This document shows, in pieces, positions 42,388-51,520 of a DNA stretch of 64,000 nt (position 1 is its first letter; each line of letters opens with the position of its first letter). A model generated the notes under the pieces. It was not told the DNA's origin, did no database searches, and was given only the letters and a program-made list of their open reading frames with translations. Source of the stretch: Candidatus Bathyarchaeota archaeon (lineage in GTDB: Archaea; Thermoproteota; Bathyarchaeia; 40CM-2-53-6); NCBI GenBank assembly GCA_963733055.1, contig CAVTBR010000003.1:320001-384000 (forward strand). The letters run 5' to 3'. A program made the translations under genes and the position numbers.

Positions 42388-42920
42388 TCATTTCCCTAAG
42401 TTGGTTTTGAGTTTAGGAAGGACTTGTTCGCGAAATATGTGCAGGCCGAGAGTTGTCACCCGGTACTCCCCTTTTCCCTTTCTTTCCGCGAGGGTTTCAC
42501 CGCATAGTTCGCTAAGCCTGCCCGCCACTGTTCCGGCAGATTTCTTGGTCTGCGAAATCAGATCGGAGGATTGCACGAGATCTTTTTCCGATTTGCCCAG
42601 CATGTGCGCGATCGATGCCTTCGCTAAATGGAGAAGCAGAAGTTCGCGATCCGCCAGTTGATCAACTGGGGCCGTGACTACGACCCCTTCGGGGGTCACC
42701 GCAAAATTCCTTCGCAGGCTTTTGCCAGCTCGTTGATGTCCACCGATAGGGATAGGCGGGACGCGAGTTCGAGTTGAGGAATGGCCTTGTTGAGGAATGA
42801 GAGAACTTCTTGGGCGACCAGGTCTGGTGTGCCGGTAATTTTCTTTTCGAGAGTTCCGTATTTGATGATAACTTCTAGCGGATGTGCTAGGCTGGTGAGT
42901 TCCTGTTGGCCTTCCGGCAT
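42388..42920 (-). CDS. N-terminal beta-hairpin/helix plus winged-helix protein (paralog B; -1 frameshift at ~42703)
   Basis: ORF 42696-42920 joins the 3' part of ORF 42388-43011 at a T run; TVAGRLSELCGETLAERKGKGEYRVTTLG. Confidence 0.72.
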
Positions 42921-42979
42921 TTACTTTCATTTCACTTTCAATCCTATACAGTATAAAAGCTTTGAAGTGCGTAATAACC

Positions 42980-43067
42980 CTGCTAGGTGTTACTGTCTTC
43001 AGATTCGGCATTTTGTGCGGGTTCGAGCAAGATTGCGTCAGAATTGATAGTTCTGCTAGGTGTTACT
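42980..43067. repeat. Perfect 15-bp direct repeat CTGCTAGGTGTTACT, two copies, in a divergent promoter region
   Basis: Copies at 42980-42994 and 43053-43067, 73 bp apart. Confidence 0.8.
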
Positions 43068-43152
43068 CATGTTCGGTTCAGCTCGATTCTGACGTGCAAG
43101 AGCACGGAAATGCAATGTTTTAAAGCATAATGGAGTAGAATTACCGTGCAAT

Positions 43153-43413
43153 TTGGAATATAATCAGTTGAAACGGGTTCTGCTTCGAGTTCTGGCGGAT
43201 AATGGGCCGTTGGATAGTCAGTCGCTTTTGCGCATCCTTTCCTCTGGGGAAGCACAATCTGAGATTCATGCCGTACGTATGGCGTTGATGCGCTACTACC
43301 GGCAAGGCCTGTTGAAGCGTGTTCGCAGCGGCGGGCAGTTCACTTACTCGCTGACGGAGCGTGGTATTCGGCGACTTGAATGGCTTGAGAGTCAGCAGGT
43401 AAGATCGAATTGA
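43153..43413 (+). CDS. Small winged-helix DNA-binding protein
   Basis: AVRMALMRYYRQGLLKR...FTYSLTERG; TTTTAAA about 30 nt upstream. Confidence 0.75.
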   Translation: MEYNQLKRVLLRVLADNGPLDSQSLLRILSSGEAQSEIHAVRMALMRYYRQGLLKRVRSGGQFTYSLTERGIRRLEWLESQQVRSN

Positions 43414-43536
43414 AACTCCCACCATATCCCGGATGAGTTTCATCAAATTATTAGAGTCATGAACAATGGACCACTCTTCCACTCGGTGGAAATAGGCTTA
43501 ACCGCTTTTCCATTCGCTCGATTTATGGCGTTGAAC

Positions 43537-44133
43537 ATGAACAAAACTACACTAACAATTGTCGGAGCTGCGCTCGTTGCAATTCTCAGTCTAGGATACG
43601 CTGGATATACAATGTCAACTCCACACATGGCGACTCTAACTCAGCAGCAGTATGTGACGAATACTCAAAATTTCTACAGCACACAGACTCAAACCGTAAC
43701 CGCGACTAACACAGTGACCTCCGCCGCCGCCATAACTAATGCTGCGGTCAATTTGAACGGCGGCGGCCCTGGGTACTACCAGACATGTGGCTACTGGGGA
43801 TGTTCCCCTGCCCAAGGCTACACATACACACCATGCACTCCAGTAGGAGGCTACGGTAGCAACCAAGTAACGTGTTACGGCTATCTGATCCAAAACGGGA
43901 ACGGATGCACGCAACTTTCAGTTCGGACTACCGACCCTAACTATTGGGCCTCAGGCATCCAATACGTACATTTCGCTTTGCAAAACTTGCCAGCATCATC
44001 CCCGCCTATTGGAAGCTGGGTTAACGTAATCGGACAACTGTCCATCACCAACACAAACCTCTCCGCCGCCAACTCTGCCTGCTCCCCGAACACTCTCACC
44101 GTTAGCTCCATAGCACCTACTTCAGCTCCATAG
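43537..44133 (+). CDS. Secreted Thr- and Cys-rich protein
   Basis: N-terminal signal/TM, Thr-rich stretch, six Cys; downstream hairpin and T-tract at ~44164-44202. Confidence 0.7.
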   Translation: MNKTTLTIVGAALVAILSLGYAGYTMSTPHMATLTQQQYVTNTQNFYSTQTQTVTATNTVTSAAAITNAAVNLNGGGPGYYQTCGYWGCSPAQGYTYTPCTPVGGYGSNQVTCYGYLIQNGNGCTQLSVRTTDPNYWASGIQYVHFALQNLPASSPPIGSWVNVIGQLSITNTNLSAANSACSPNTLTVSSIAPTSAP

Positions 44134-44243
44134 AGCACTCCACTCCGAACAATCGTCTAACACGTTCCCGAGCCCGCGTTCGGGGACGCCCCTACTTTTT
44201 CTTCTCAAAGCTTTCAGTCGACGAATGGTTTCTGGGGAATACG

Positions 44244-44315
44244 AGTATTGTTAGCGCATTAAGTACTTCATATTATTATCAGTACTTGATAGTACTCCTA
44301 GGCCTCATCAGTACT
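44244..44315. repeat. Cluster of AGTACT palindromes in a convergent intergenic region
   Basis: AGTACT at 44262, 44281, 44291 and 44310; AGTATT at 44244. Confidence 0.7.
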
Positions 44316-44805
44316 ATGCAGCAGGTCTCAACTTGGGAAGTACATCTTGGCCGATCCATTGTAGCCCTGCCCCTGAAAGTGAATACTTGCCTTGTTCAGC
44401 GATAAGTTTGCCTTCCTTTCTCAACTCACTAACCCTCGCGCGAACAACGTTGTCCTTAACGGCCTTCCAGCTTGTTCCGAGGAGCTCGATCAGCTTGGCA
44501 TCTTCGATCGGTGCGGGATTACTGCCGTATAGTATGATGCCGATGGCTTCTTTCGCCGAAATCTTATCAAATGGTATTGTGAAATGAAGCTTACCTTCCG
44601 CAGTAGTCTCAAGAATACCGGCAAGTTCCTCTCCAGGAGCGAAAGCCTGGCCCGATTGATCGCCCAAAGCTTGCACTCCACCTGTCGGCACGGGTTGTGA
44701 TCGCATTAGCTCTTCGAATTTTCCTTGCACGTAGTCGAATTCACCTTCGAGCTCGACCTCGAAGTTGCCACGGCGAATCCTGAAACGTAACTTGCGTTCA
44801 GACAA
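44314..44805 (-). CDS. N-terminal beta-hairpin/helix plus winged-helix protein (paralog C)
   Basis: KLRFRIRRGNFEVELEG...; VRARVSELRKEGKLIAEQGKYSLSGAGLQWIGQDVLPKL, compared with paralog B ...REQVLPKL. Confidence 0.75.
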   Translation of the reverse strand: MSERKLRFRIRRGNFEVELEGEFDYVQGKFEELMRSQPVPTGGVQALGDQSGQAFAPGEELAGILETTAEGKLHFTIPFDKISAKEAIGIILYGSNPAPIEDAKLIELLGTSWKAVKDNVVRARVSELRKEGKLIAEQGKYSLSGAGLQWIGQDVLPKLRPAA

Positions 44806-45386
44806 TTTGACTCACTGTAATCACACCTAGACGGTTATTTCATACTTGCGAGTCATAGGCCATGCCTTCCGAAACGTACCGGTCAATAATCTATCCTAGA
44901 AGCACTAACGGTTCAGCCCATTACTCAAAAGCGCGTTGTAAAACTCTCAGATATCGAGGAGAATTCTCCGTCGATATTTCCGCATCAGGAATGGTCCTGT
45001 GTGGGAATCTTCAGGATCTCACAAATGAGACATAAGAACGACCGCAAGAAGGAAACTCGACAGCCATGTAATCTGAGGCAGCCGGTGTAGTACACTCCGA
45101 CTCTTCGGCAAATGTGAGCAAAGCGGCTCATCTTGCGTTGATAAGACCACGTTAGGTTGATGAAACTGATAAGATTCGATAAGCTCTGATATTTGTTGCA
45201 TAAATTATTATCAGGGACCAATCCGACTACGTGTAGTAGTTGAAGGAACATTATGAAGCGGGCCGGCGAATAATGGGTTGATTAGAGCAGCTATAGGTTC
45301 GGTGGACTTCCGTAATTCATCGTCGGTGTTCGCTGAACCAGAGGGAAGAGACCGGCTAAGCATTGTCGATGGGCGGGGTGCGGATC

Positions 45387-47528
45387 ATGCGTGAGCGATG
45401 GGCGACCGCCCTCCTGATAGGTCTCTCAATTCTGGCCCTTGCCCAGGCTTTGCCGTACATGTCTCAAGCCAGTTACGGCACGACCCCAGCCCATGTATTT
45501 GCGCAAGTCTTCCCGCTTCAAACCGTTAGTGGCACGACTCAAAACGGCGCAACCGCTACAGGTAGTACCGCTACCGGAACAACCGCAACCGGTACACCTG
45601 CTACGGGCACAACCGCTACGGGTTCAACTGTGTCCACGGACCCGATAACTACCACGGCTACGGGCACGACCGCTACGGGTACGACAGCTACAGGTACTAC
45701 CGCAACGGGTACAACTGCAACCGGTACGACCGCTACAGGGACGACAGTATCTACGACTTCGATAACTACGACGGCGACAGGTACTACGGCTACGGGTACA
45801 ACCGCGACGGGGACTACGGCTACAGGGACGACCGCTACTGGTACGACTGCAACCGGCACAACTGCAACGGGTACTACAGCGTCAACGACGACGACCGTCC
45901 CAATTGTTAGTGTAACCGTCGACTCTATTCCCCATGGCATGGGAGCAGTTATGGTGGATGGGAGTCCGATTACGACGCCCACCGTATTCAGTTTCCAAAG
46001 TGGTTCTATGCACACACTGTCTGCAGTCAGCTCTTTGAGTTGTGGGATGTCGTGCCAGTGGACGTTTCAGTCGTGGTCAGACGGTGGCGGACAGACTCAC
46101 ACTATCACTGTTCCCAATTCACCCGCGACATATACCGCCACATTCCAGCAACAGTATCTCCTAACAATACAATCCAATGCTGGAGGCACAGTAGCTCCGC
46201 CGACTGGATACCAGAACGCAAATGCCGTGATACCGATACTCGCCACTCCTAACAGTGGCTTCACCTTTGTGTCGTGGAGTGGTTCTGGTTCAGGTTCGTT
46301 TAGTGGCACCTCGTCCTCCGCCTCGGTCACAATGAACGGCCCGATCACAGAAACCGCGTCTTTCGCTCCGACAAGCAATGTGCAGATAACAGTGACATCC
46401 TCGCCCACAAGCACCGGCACCATACAGGTCGACGGTTCGTTCATAAACACCCCGCAGACCTACACTTGGACCCCAGGAACAACACACGCCCTCTTCGCAA
46501 CATTCAACCCGCCATGCAGCTACAACTGCCAAGCGACGTTTTTGTACTGGTCTTCGCCGAGCATCGGAACGATCAATTCGCAGTCAATTACATACACTGT
46601 GCCGTCTTCGACGGAAACGGTCACTGCAACTTATCGAATAACTCAAAACGCGGTCTCGATAACCATAGCATCAGTCCCATCTGGTCTGAACTCAATAATC
46701 GTCGACGGAAACCAAGTCACAACTTCACAAACATTCAGCTGGACCATTGGTAGCACGCATACTTTGACGGCGAATCAGTATTGTGGAGTTGCGGGATGCC
46801 CGACTGTGTTGAGGTATTGGCAGTCTTCGAGCATAGGCACAATCAACGCGGCATCGTTCACCTACACAGTCCCAAGTTACTCTGAGACCGTGACCGCCTA
46901 CTACCAGTCGTCACAGAACGTACCCATAGTGGTCACGGAAATTCCGAGCGGAAGCGGGCCAATCGTAGTGGATGGGACGCCGATCATCGTTCCGCAAACA
47001 TTCTACTGGGCTTCAGGAAGTACCCACACGCTCTCGGCCCAAGGCGGTTACAGGCAATTCGTGAGCTGGGGTTCGCCGAGCATCGGCTCTGTCAACGCGA
47101 ACACCATAACATACGTTGTCCCGTATACGGGGGAAACGGTGGCGGCATACTACATCGTCCCCGCGCCCGGAAACCTGATCCCGATAACTGTAACCACAAG
47201 CGTTAGTGGTCCGACGGTAGCCATAGATGGCATCGTGACTTCAACGCCACACACATACTTCTGGCCTGCGGGATCACAGCACACGGTCTCTACATCAAAT
47301 GTAAACTGTCAACCGAGCGGTTGCCAGATTCAGTTCAACAGTTGGACTTCTCCGAGCATCGGCACAACGTACACGGGTACGATAACGTACACTGTACCTT
47401 TCGCCGGAGAAACGGTCACTGGTAACTTCACGCAGTTCACTCCAGTCCCTGAGTTCAATGGAGTAGCTGTAGTCGTCGTCTCAGCGCTGGCAACCGCCCT
47501 ATACGTCCTGAAGCGCCGGCGTCGGTAA
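45387..47528 (+). CDS. Secreted surface protein with TATGT pentapeptide repeats, multiple InlB-B-like beta repeats and a PEF-CTERM-like tail
   Basis: Signal peptide; 18 TATGT-type units; five I.VDG...TF.W..GS.HTL modules; VPEF + TM + KRRRR. Confidence 0.85.
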   Translation: MRERWATALLIGLSILALAQALPYMSQASYGTTPAHVFAQVFPLQTVSGTTQNGATATGSTATGTTATGTPATGTTATGSTVSTDPITTTATGTTATGTTATGTTATGTTATGTTATGTTVSTTSITTTATGTTATGTTATGTTATGTTATGTTATGTTATGTTASTTTTVPIVSVTVDSIPHGMGAVMVDGSPITTPTVFSFQSGSMHTLSAVSSLSCGMSCQWTFQSWSDGGGQTHTITVPNSPATYTATFQQQYLLTIQSNAGGTVAPPTGYQNANAVIPILATPNSGFTFVSWSGSGSGSFSGTSSSASVTMNGPITETASFAPTSNVQITVTSSPTSTGTIQVDGSFINTPQTYTWTPGTTHALFATFNPPCSYNCQATFLYWSSPSIGTINSQSITYTVPSSTETVTATYRITQNAVSITIASVPSGLNSIIVDGNQVTTSQTFSWTIGSTHTLTANQYCGVAGCPTVLRYWQSSSIGTINAASFTYTVPSYSETVTAYYQSSQNVPIVVTEIPSGSGPIVVDGTPIIVPQTFYWASGSTHTLSAQGGYRQFVSWGSPSIGSVNANTITYVVPYTGETVAAYYIVPAPGNLIPITVTTSVSGPTVAIDGIVTSTPHTYFWPAGSQHTVSTSNVNCQPSGCQIQFNSWTSPSIGTTYTGTITYTVPFAGETVTGNFTQFTPVPEFNGVAVVVVSALATALYVLKRRRR
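45552..45877 (+). repeat. Coding 15-bp tandem repeat (TATGT) in blocks of 5, 6 and 7 units
   Basis: ACNGCNACNGGNACN units with highly variable third codon positions. Confidence 0.9.
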
Positions 47529-47673
47529 AGCACGGGCCGCATCAAACGGAACAGTTTCAGCCTTAGGTTTAGAAACACTGACTTTGACGGCGTAACGCCT
47601 GTTTTAGGAGCCCGTCGAACCGAAGCCCACAATTGAAATATCGAGATGAGATTGTTGAGGGACCGGTATTAAT

Positions 47674-47769
47674 GCGGCCGTAGTCTAGTCTGGTCTAGGA
47701 CATTGCCTTATGCGCGTCCACTGGCCTTCCAAGCCAACGACCCGGGTCCGAATCCCGGCGGCCGCACCA
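47674..47769 (+). tRNA. tRNA-Gly(TCC) with an 18-nt intron at non-canonical position 27/28 (47704-47721) and encoded CCA
   Basis: Acceptor GCGGCCG/CGGCCGC; spliced anticodon arm TTGGC-CT TCC AA-GCCAA; splice helix GGAC/GTCC with ATT and ACT bulges. Confidence 0.9.
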
Positions 47770-47913
47770 ACACATCCACACACACTTGTCTAATGACGAA
47801 CGACGACGGTCCGAATGCCAACGGCCGCGCCAGTAATACCACTCACGCCGAAAACGGGTGACGTTATCTTCAGGGGCTAAATTCTTGTCGCTGTCACCAA
47901 TGTCCACGTGATT

Positions 47914-48357
47914 TCAGCCGGGTTCTCGTGTCGCCCTACGTTTGATAAACAGATACGCGACCGCTATCAGGATTACGAGTAAGAATAGGCTCAACGGGTA
48001 TTCAGGAATGGCCAATGGTATTCCGAGAATAATTATGACGGTAACAAAGTTAGAGATGAGCAGAGAGCTGGTTCCCGAAAGCGTATCACAAGATCCACTG
48101 CTAGACGTACTCGTTATTTGGAAGGAAGATATTGTGGAAACGGCACTCAAGCCGGGAACTTGCGTGGACGAAGTTGATGTTGTCACTGTCGTGGTCGTAG
48201 TGGAGGTTGTTGATGTGCTGACGAAATTGGAGCAGGTGAAGGTCTGCGCGGGAGCAAATGACCTCCCGTTAGGAATCATAGTTGTCGCCAAGCCCAAGAC
48301 GACTACCACAAGAAGGACATACTTGACCCAAACCGTTCCGACCCTCACAAACCGCAC
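47914..48357 (-). CDS. Small S/T-rich membrane protein with an IPEY sorting-like tail
   Basis: Signal peptide, Cys-flanked Thr/Ser tract, IPEYP + TM + KRR. Confidence 0.6.
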   Translation of the reverse strand: MRFVRVGTVWVKYVLLVVVVLGLATTMIPNGRSFAPAQTFTCSNFVSTSTTSTTTTTVTTSTSSTQVPGLSAVSTISSFQITSTSSSGSCDTLSGTSSLLISNFVTVIIILGIPLAIPEYPLSLFLLVILIAVAYLFIKRRATREPG

Positions 48358-48552
48358 CCCTAACAGAGGAAGCCGGTGTATAACCCTAATAAGACTTCGG
48401 ACGGTCTCGGATAACGCTTCACAAACATTAAGATTAAGCCGACAGAGAATGGGTAAGCACCTATCTCCAACCCAACATTCAACCCAGCATAATTCCCTCC
48501 CTCACAGATTTGAAACTAATAGACTGAAATTCCGTTCAGCTAGCGACCTTAG

Positions 48553-50833
48553 TTAAGTAACGTTGATCCTGACGGTTGCCTTAGTTGGCAAGTATTGTGT
48601 TGTGCCAAAATCACCCAGAAAGAACACATCCACATTGTATGGGCCTGGAGTTGGGGGTGCGCTCGCCGTATACGAGTACCCGCCCGTCGAGTTCGTTGTC
48701 GCGGTCACTATAGCGGTGCTCCAGCTGAATACGAGAACTATTGTTTCTCCTCCCTTTCCGCTACCGTTCGCGGTAAGATCTCCGGATACCGTGAACGTGC
48801 TTCCATGGGATGGGTTCGGGGGTGTTGACAAAGCCGTTACGGAAGTGGAGGCTGGGTTCGATAAGGACCCAATCTTAAGATTCAATGTGATGTTGCCTGG
48901 TCCAAAGAATATAGTTAGGGTAGGGTCATTCGATCCTGAACAGGTCAAGTCGCCCGTGCAGCTCCAACTGGAAATCGTGAAACCTGATGGCACATAGCAA
49001 GCTGGGACCATACCGTAGCTGGTGCTGAAGATTGAGGAACCATTTCCCTCTCCCGTTCCTGCGCATGACTCCCAATTGATTACCGCAGCCGAGTTTGAAG
49101 GGCTGATCATGAAAGTGATTTTGGCGCGGTAGACGGCGGTTAACGATCCGCCGGCTGTTGCGGTTGTGCAGCTTGCTGTATTGCTTGAGGTGGTACAGCT
49201 TACTGCACCAGCCCATGTCCATTGGTCAAATTGCCAACCGGTCGAGGGTGAGGGTAGGTTTGCTGTGGCCATGAAACTGGCGTTACAGATTGCTGATTGG
49301 CTGTCATTGAATGTTCCACCGCAAGCTTTGATTGAGCCCGGCAAAGTTGCGCCTGGAAATGTTGGTGGAGTCGTGTGAAATATGACCGTCATTGGTTGAC
49401 GGTAAGCTCGTACTTGTCGGTTGGCCGTGACGAAGATCGCTCCGTCACCCGCGCTTACCGAGTTGAAATGCGTCGGGGGAGACCCAATCGAGTCTGTGAA
49501 CAGTTGTGTCCCGCTGGTCAGGTTGAAACGCGTAAATCTTCCCATGGCTAACATCCACATCCCATACGGCGTTGCCTGCAACGATAGGCGGACCGGTAAA
49601 GTAAGTGGGGCCACGCCAAGCGACAGAGAAGGATGGGCTGGAGCCGAGAGTCACCTGCAGCGCTACAAGGCCATTGTTGCACGGAACTATCAGGTACGGG
49701 GAGAAGTAAGCCAAACCGCCGAACGCTCCGCCACCGCTATTGCACACTTGGGTAGAGTAGAGTTCTCCTCCGATTCCGCCTAGGTGGGTAGCGTTAAGCA
49801 CGTCGCCGACGCCTTCCTTGCCGATTTGAAAGAGGTAGCTCGAGCTGAGAGTGACTGGTTCAGTGGATCCCAGATCAAGATCGCCACCGTTAAGCGCGGC
49901 CCAGTTTGAGGGAGCAAAATAATCGATCATGGTTATGGGAGGGTTTGTGGCTGGAGAGAGTTTTAGCACGGCGTCTCCGTAGTCGAATGTCGAGGTGGAA
50001 AAACTGTTACCTGTAGCAACCAGCAGGTTGCCTGTCTGGTCTACGACGGGACCGTCTCCTCCTCCCCATATTGCGCCTGCATTGCCAGTTGGAACTTGGT
50101 AACCGAATACAGGGCCTTCCCCGTTAGTGCTAGTCGCCGCAAGTCGACCGTGGTACGACCCGCAATCTCCATCCAACCCACCGTAAGGAACGTACACATA
50201 CCCATTAGCCAAAGCCAAGGCGCCTCTCTGTTGCTGAACGGTAGGGTCGGAGCCGGACGGGTCGATGCCCATTTGGAATTTTACCGCTCCGGTATCCAGG
50301 TCAACTGCGAATAATTGATGGTGTAAGGAGGGAGACGCTAGGAACGCTACGACGAATATCGTTCTTCCGGCGACATCAATGACTGGGGTCCCGGTTATGC
50401 CGGATGGGTTTATGTCGCCGCAGAGAAGCACCGCCCCATTGACTGGAGTTCCAAGATTCCTGGTCCATAGAATCTGGCCAGTGGCCGCGTTTAATTCGTA
50501 TATGGAGTTTTCTTCCGTCGCGACTACCACATCCGCTCCGACGACCAAAGGCTCGGCGTACACGTCCCCATCTAGGGTTGTTGATGTCCAATTTAGCTGA
50601 ACGGAGGAGGTGAATTGAGGAAAGTTCGGGTCGTAACCGGACCTGAGCATGTCTCTATGATAGGTTGGCCAGTCGTCGGACGTTGGATCTTGAGGCACAA
50701 TGGTCTGCTGAGGTTTGATGGTTCCCATAACCGCGCCATGATAGTATACCATGGTTTGGGCGACAAGAATAGCTACAAGGATCACTGCTATTGTTATGGA
50801 ATTCGAGGATGGGCGCAGCAGAGATTCCTTCAC
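48553..50833 (-). CDS. Secreted PQQ-binding-like beta-propeller protein with C-terminal Ig-like domains (+1 frameshift at ~49526)
   Basis: DWPTYHRD..RSG, YAEPLV, GITGTPVID, QQRGAL, DLDLGS; joins ORFs 49445-50899 and 48553-49614. Confidence 0.8.
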
Positions 50834-50994
50834 GTTAACAGTCCTTAAAGTGACTGGCAATTTATAAAAACAATGAGTCGGGAACTTAGCTGAATACACG
50901 AAGATGAACGCCTGAAATGGGCATCACTCAGGCAGAATACGATCTGCCAGGTGCAAGACTTTCACATCCGCGAGTCTGTGGGTCGGGTATGTAG

Positions 50995-51255
50995 AAACCT
51001 AAAGCATTGGGCGATAGCGGTATCCTTTGAGGGGGCGATTTCGAAATCGAACAGGTCTTGCCACTTCAACACTCCTTATTGGAATAACTTCGGATCACCC
51101 CATTCCATTAATCGGAAGTAACGCTCAAAGTTGGCTTCGACCCAACTGTCAACGTATTTCAGGCCGTCAGGGAACATTCGACCGCGTTCTCGGGAACGGG
51201 TGTATAAGGCGCGAGCGTTCCTGCTCTTGAACCGTTCAATCACCATGAAGAGCAT
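50995..51255 (-). pseudogene. Degraded DUF3303-like gene
   Basis: MLFMVIERF...GRMFPDGLKYVDSWVE...KLFQ, then TAA, then GVLKWQDLFDFEI in the same frame; family-like sequence continues past the stop. Confidence 0.6.
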
Positions 51256-51520
51256 ACAACCGCACAGCCCTTTTTGTTTCAAGTGGACTAATCTATCTTT
51301 TCTTCATCAGGCATGTCTCAAGGAATGCGGTATAGGATTTCGCAACTTGGACGCCAAGCATGATGTATCGAAACTTTTCTCATGTTCTCAAGCTCAAGGA
51401 ATGGCTCTTCGGCGTTGCGGTTTTCACATTTCTTGAGTTTCCAAATGTGCTTCAGTAACCCGTAGTTGGAAAACTTCCAAACGCTTAATTGCCTCTCGGG
51501 TTGAATGCCGCTGGCGTCGG

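Noticed and set aside
43477-43491. TTCCAC-tcg-GTGGAA palindrome as an ORB origin box
   Set aside because: Single copy, spacing differs from the ORB core, no G-string and no cdc6/orc1 gene in the window; at most a local operator.
45552-45877. Tandem repeats as a possible CRISPR array
   Set aside because: 15-bp degenerate coding units with no unique spacers and no cas genes.
36925-47769. Integrated element between the two tRNA genes
   Set aside because: No integrase and no duplicated tRNA 3' end seen by eye; the interval contains the core gene rps30e.
47942-48556. Long antisense or overlapping ORFs in the track (e.g. 2393-2953, 45539-46015, 47942-48556)
   Set aside because: Shadows of real genes on the opposite strand, with no recognisable motifs.
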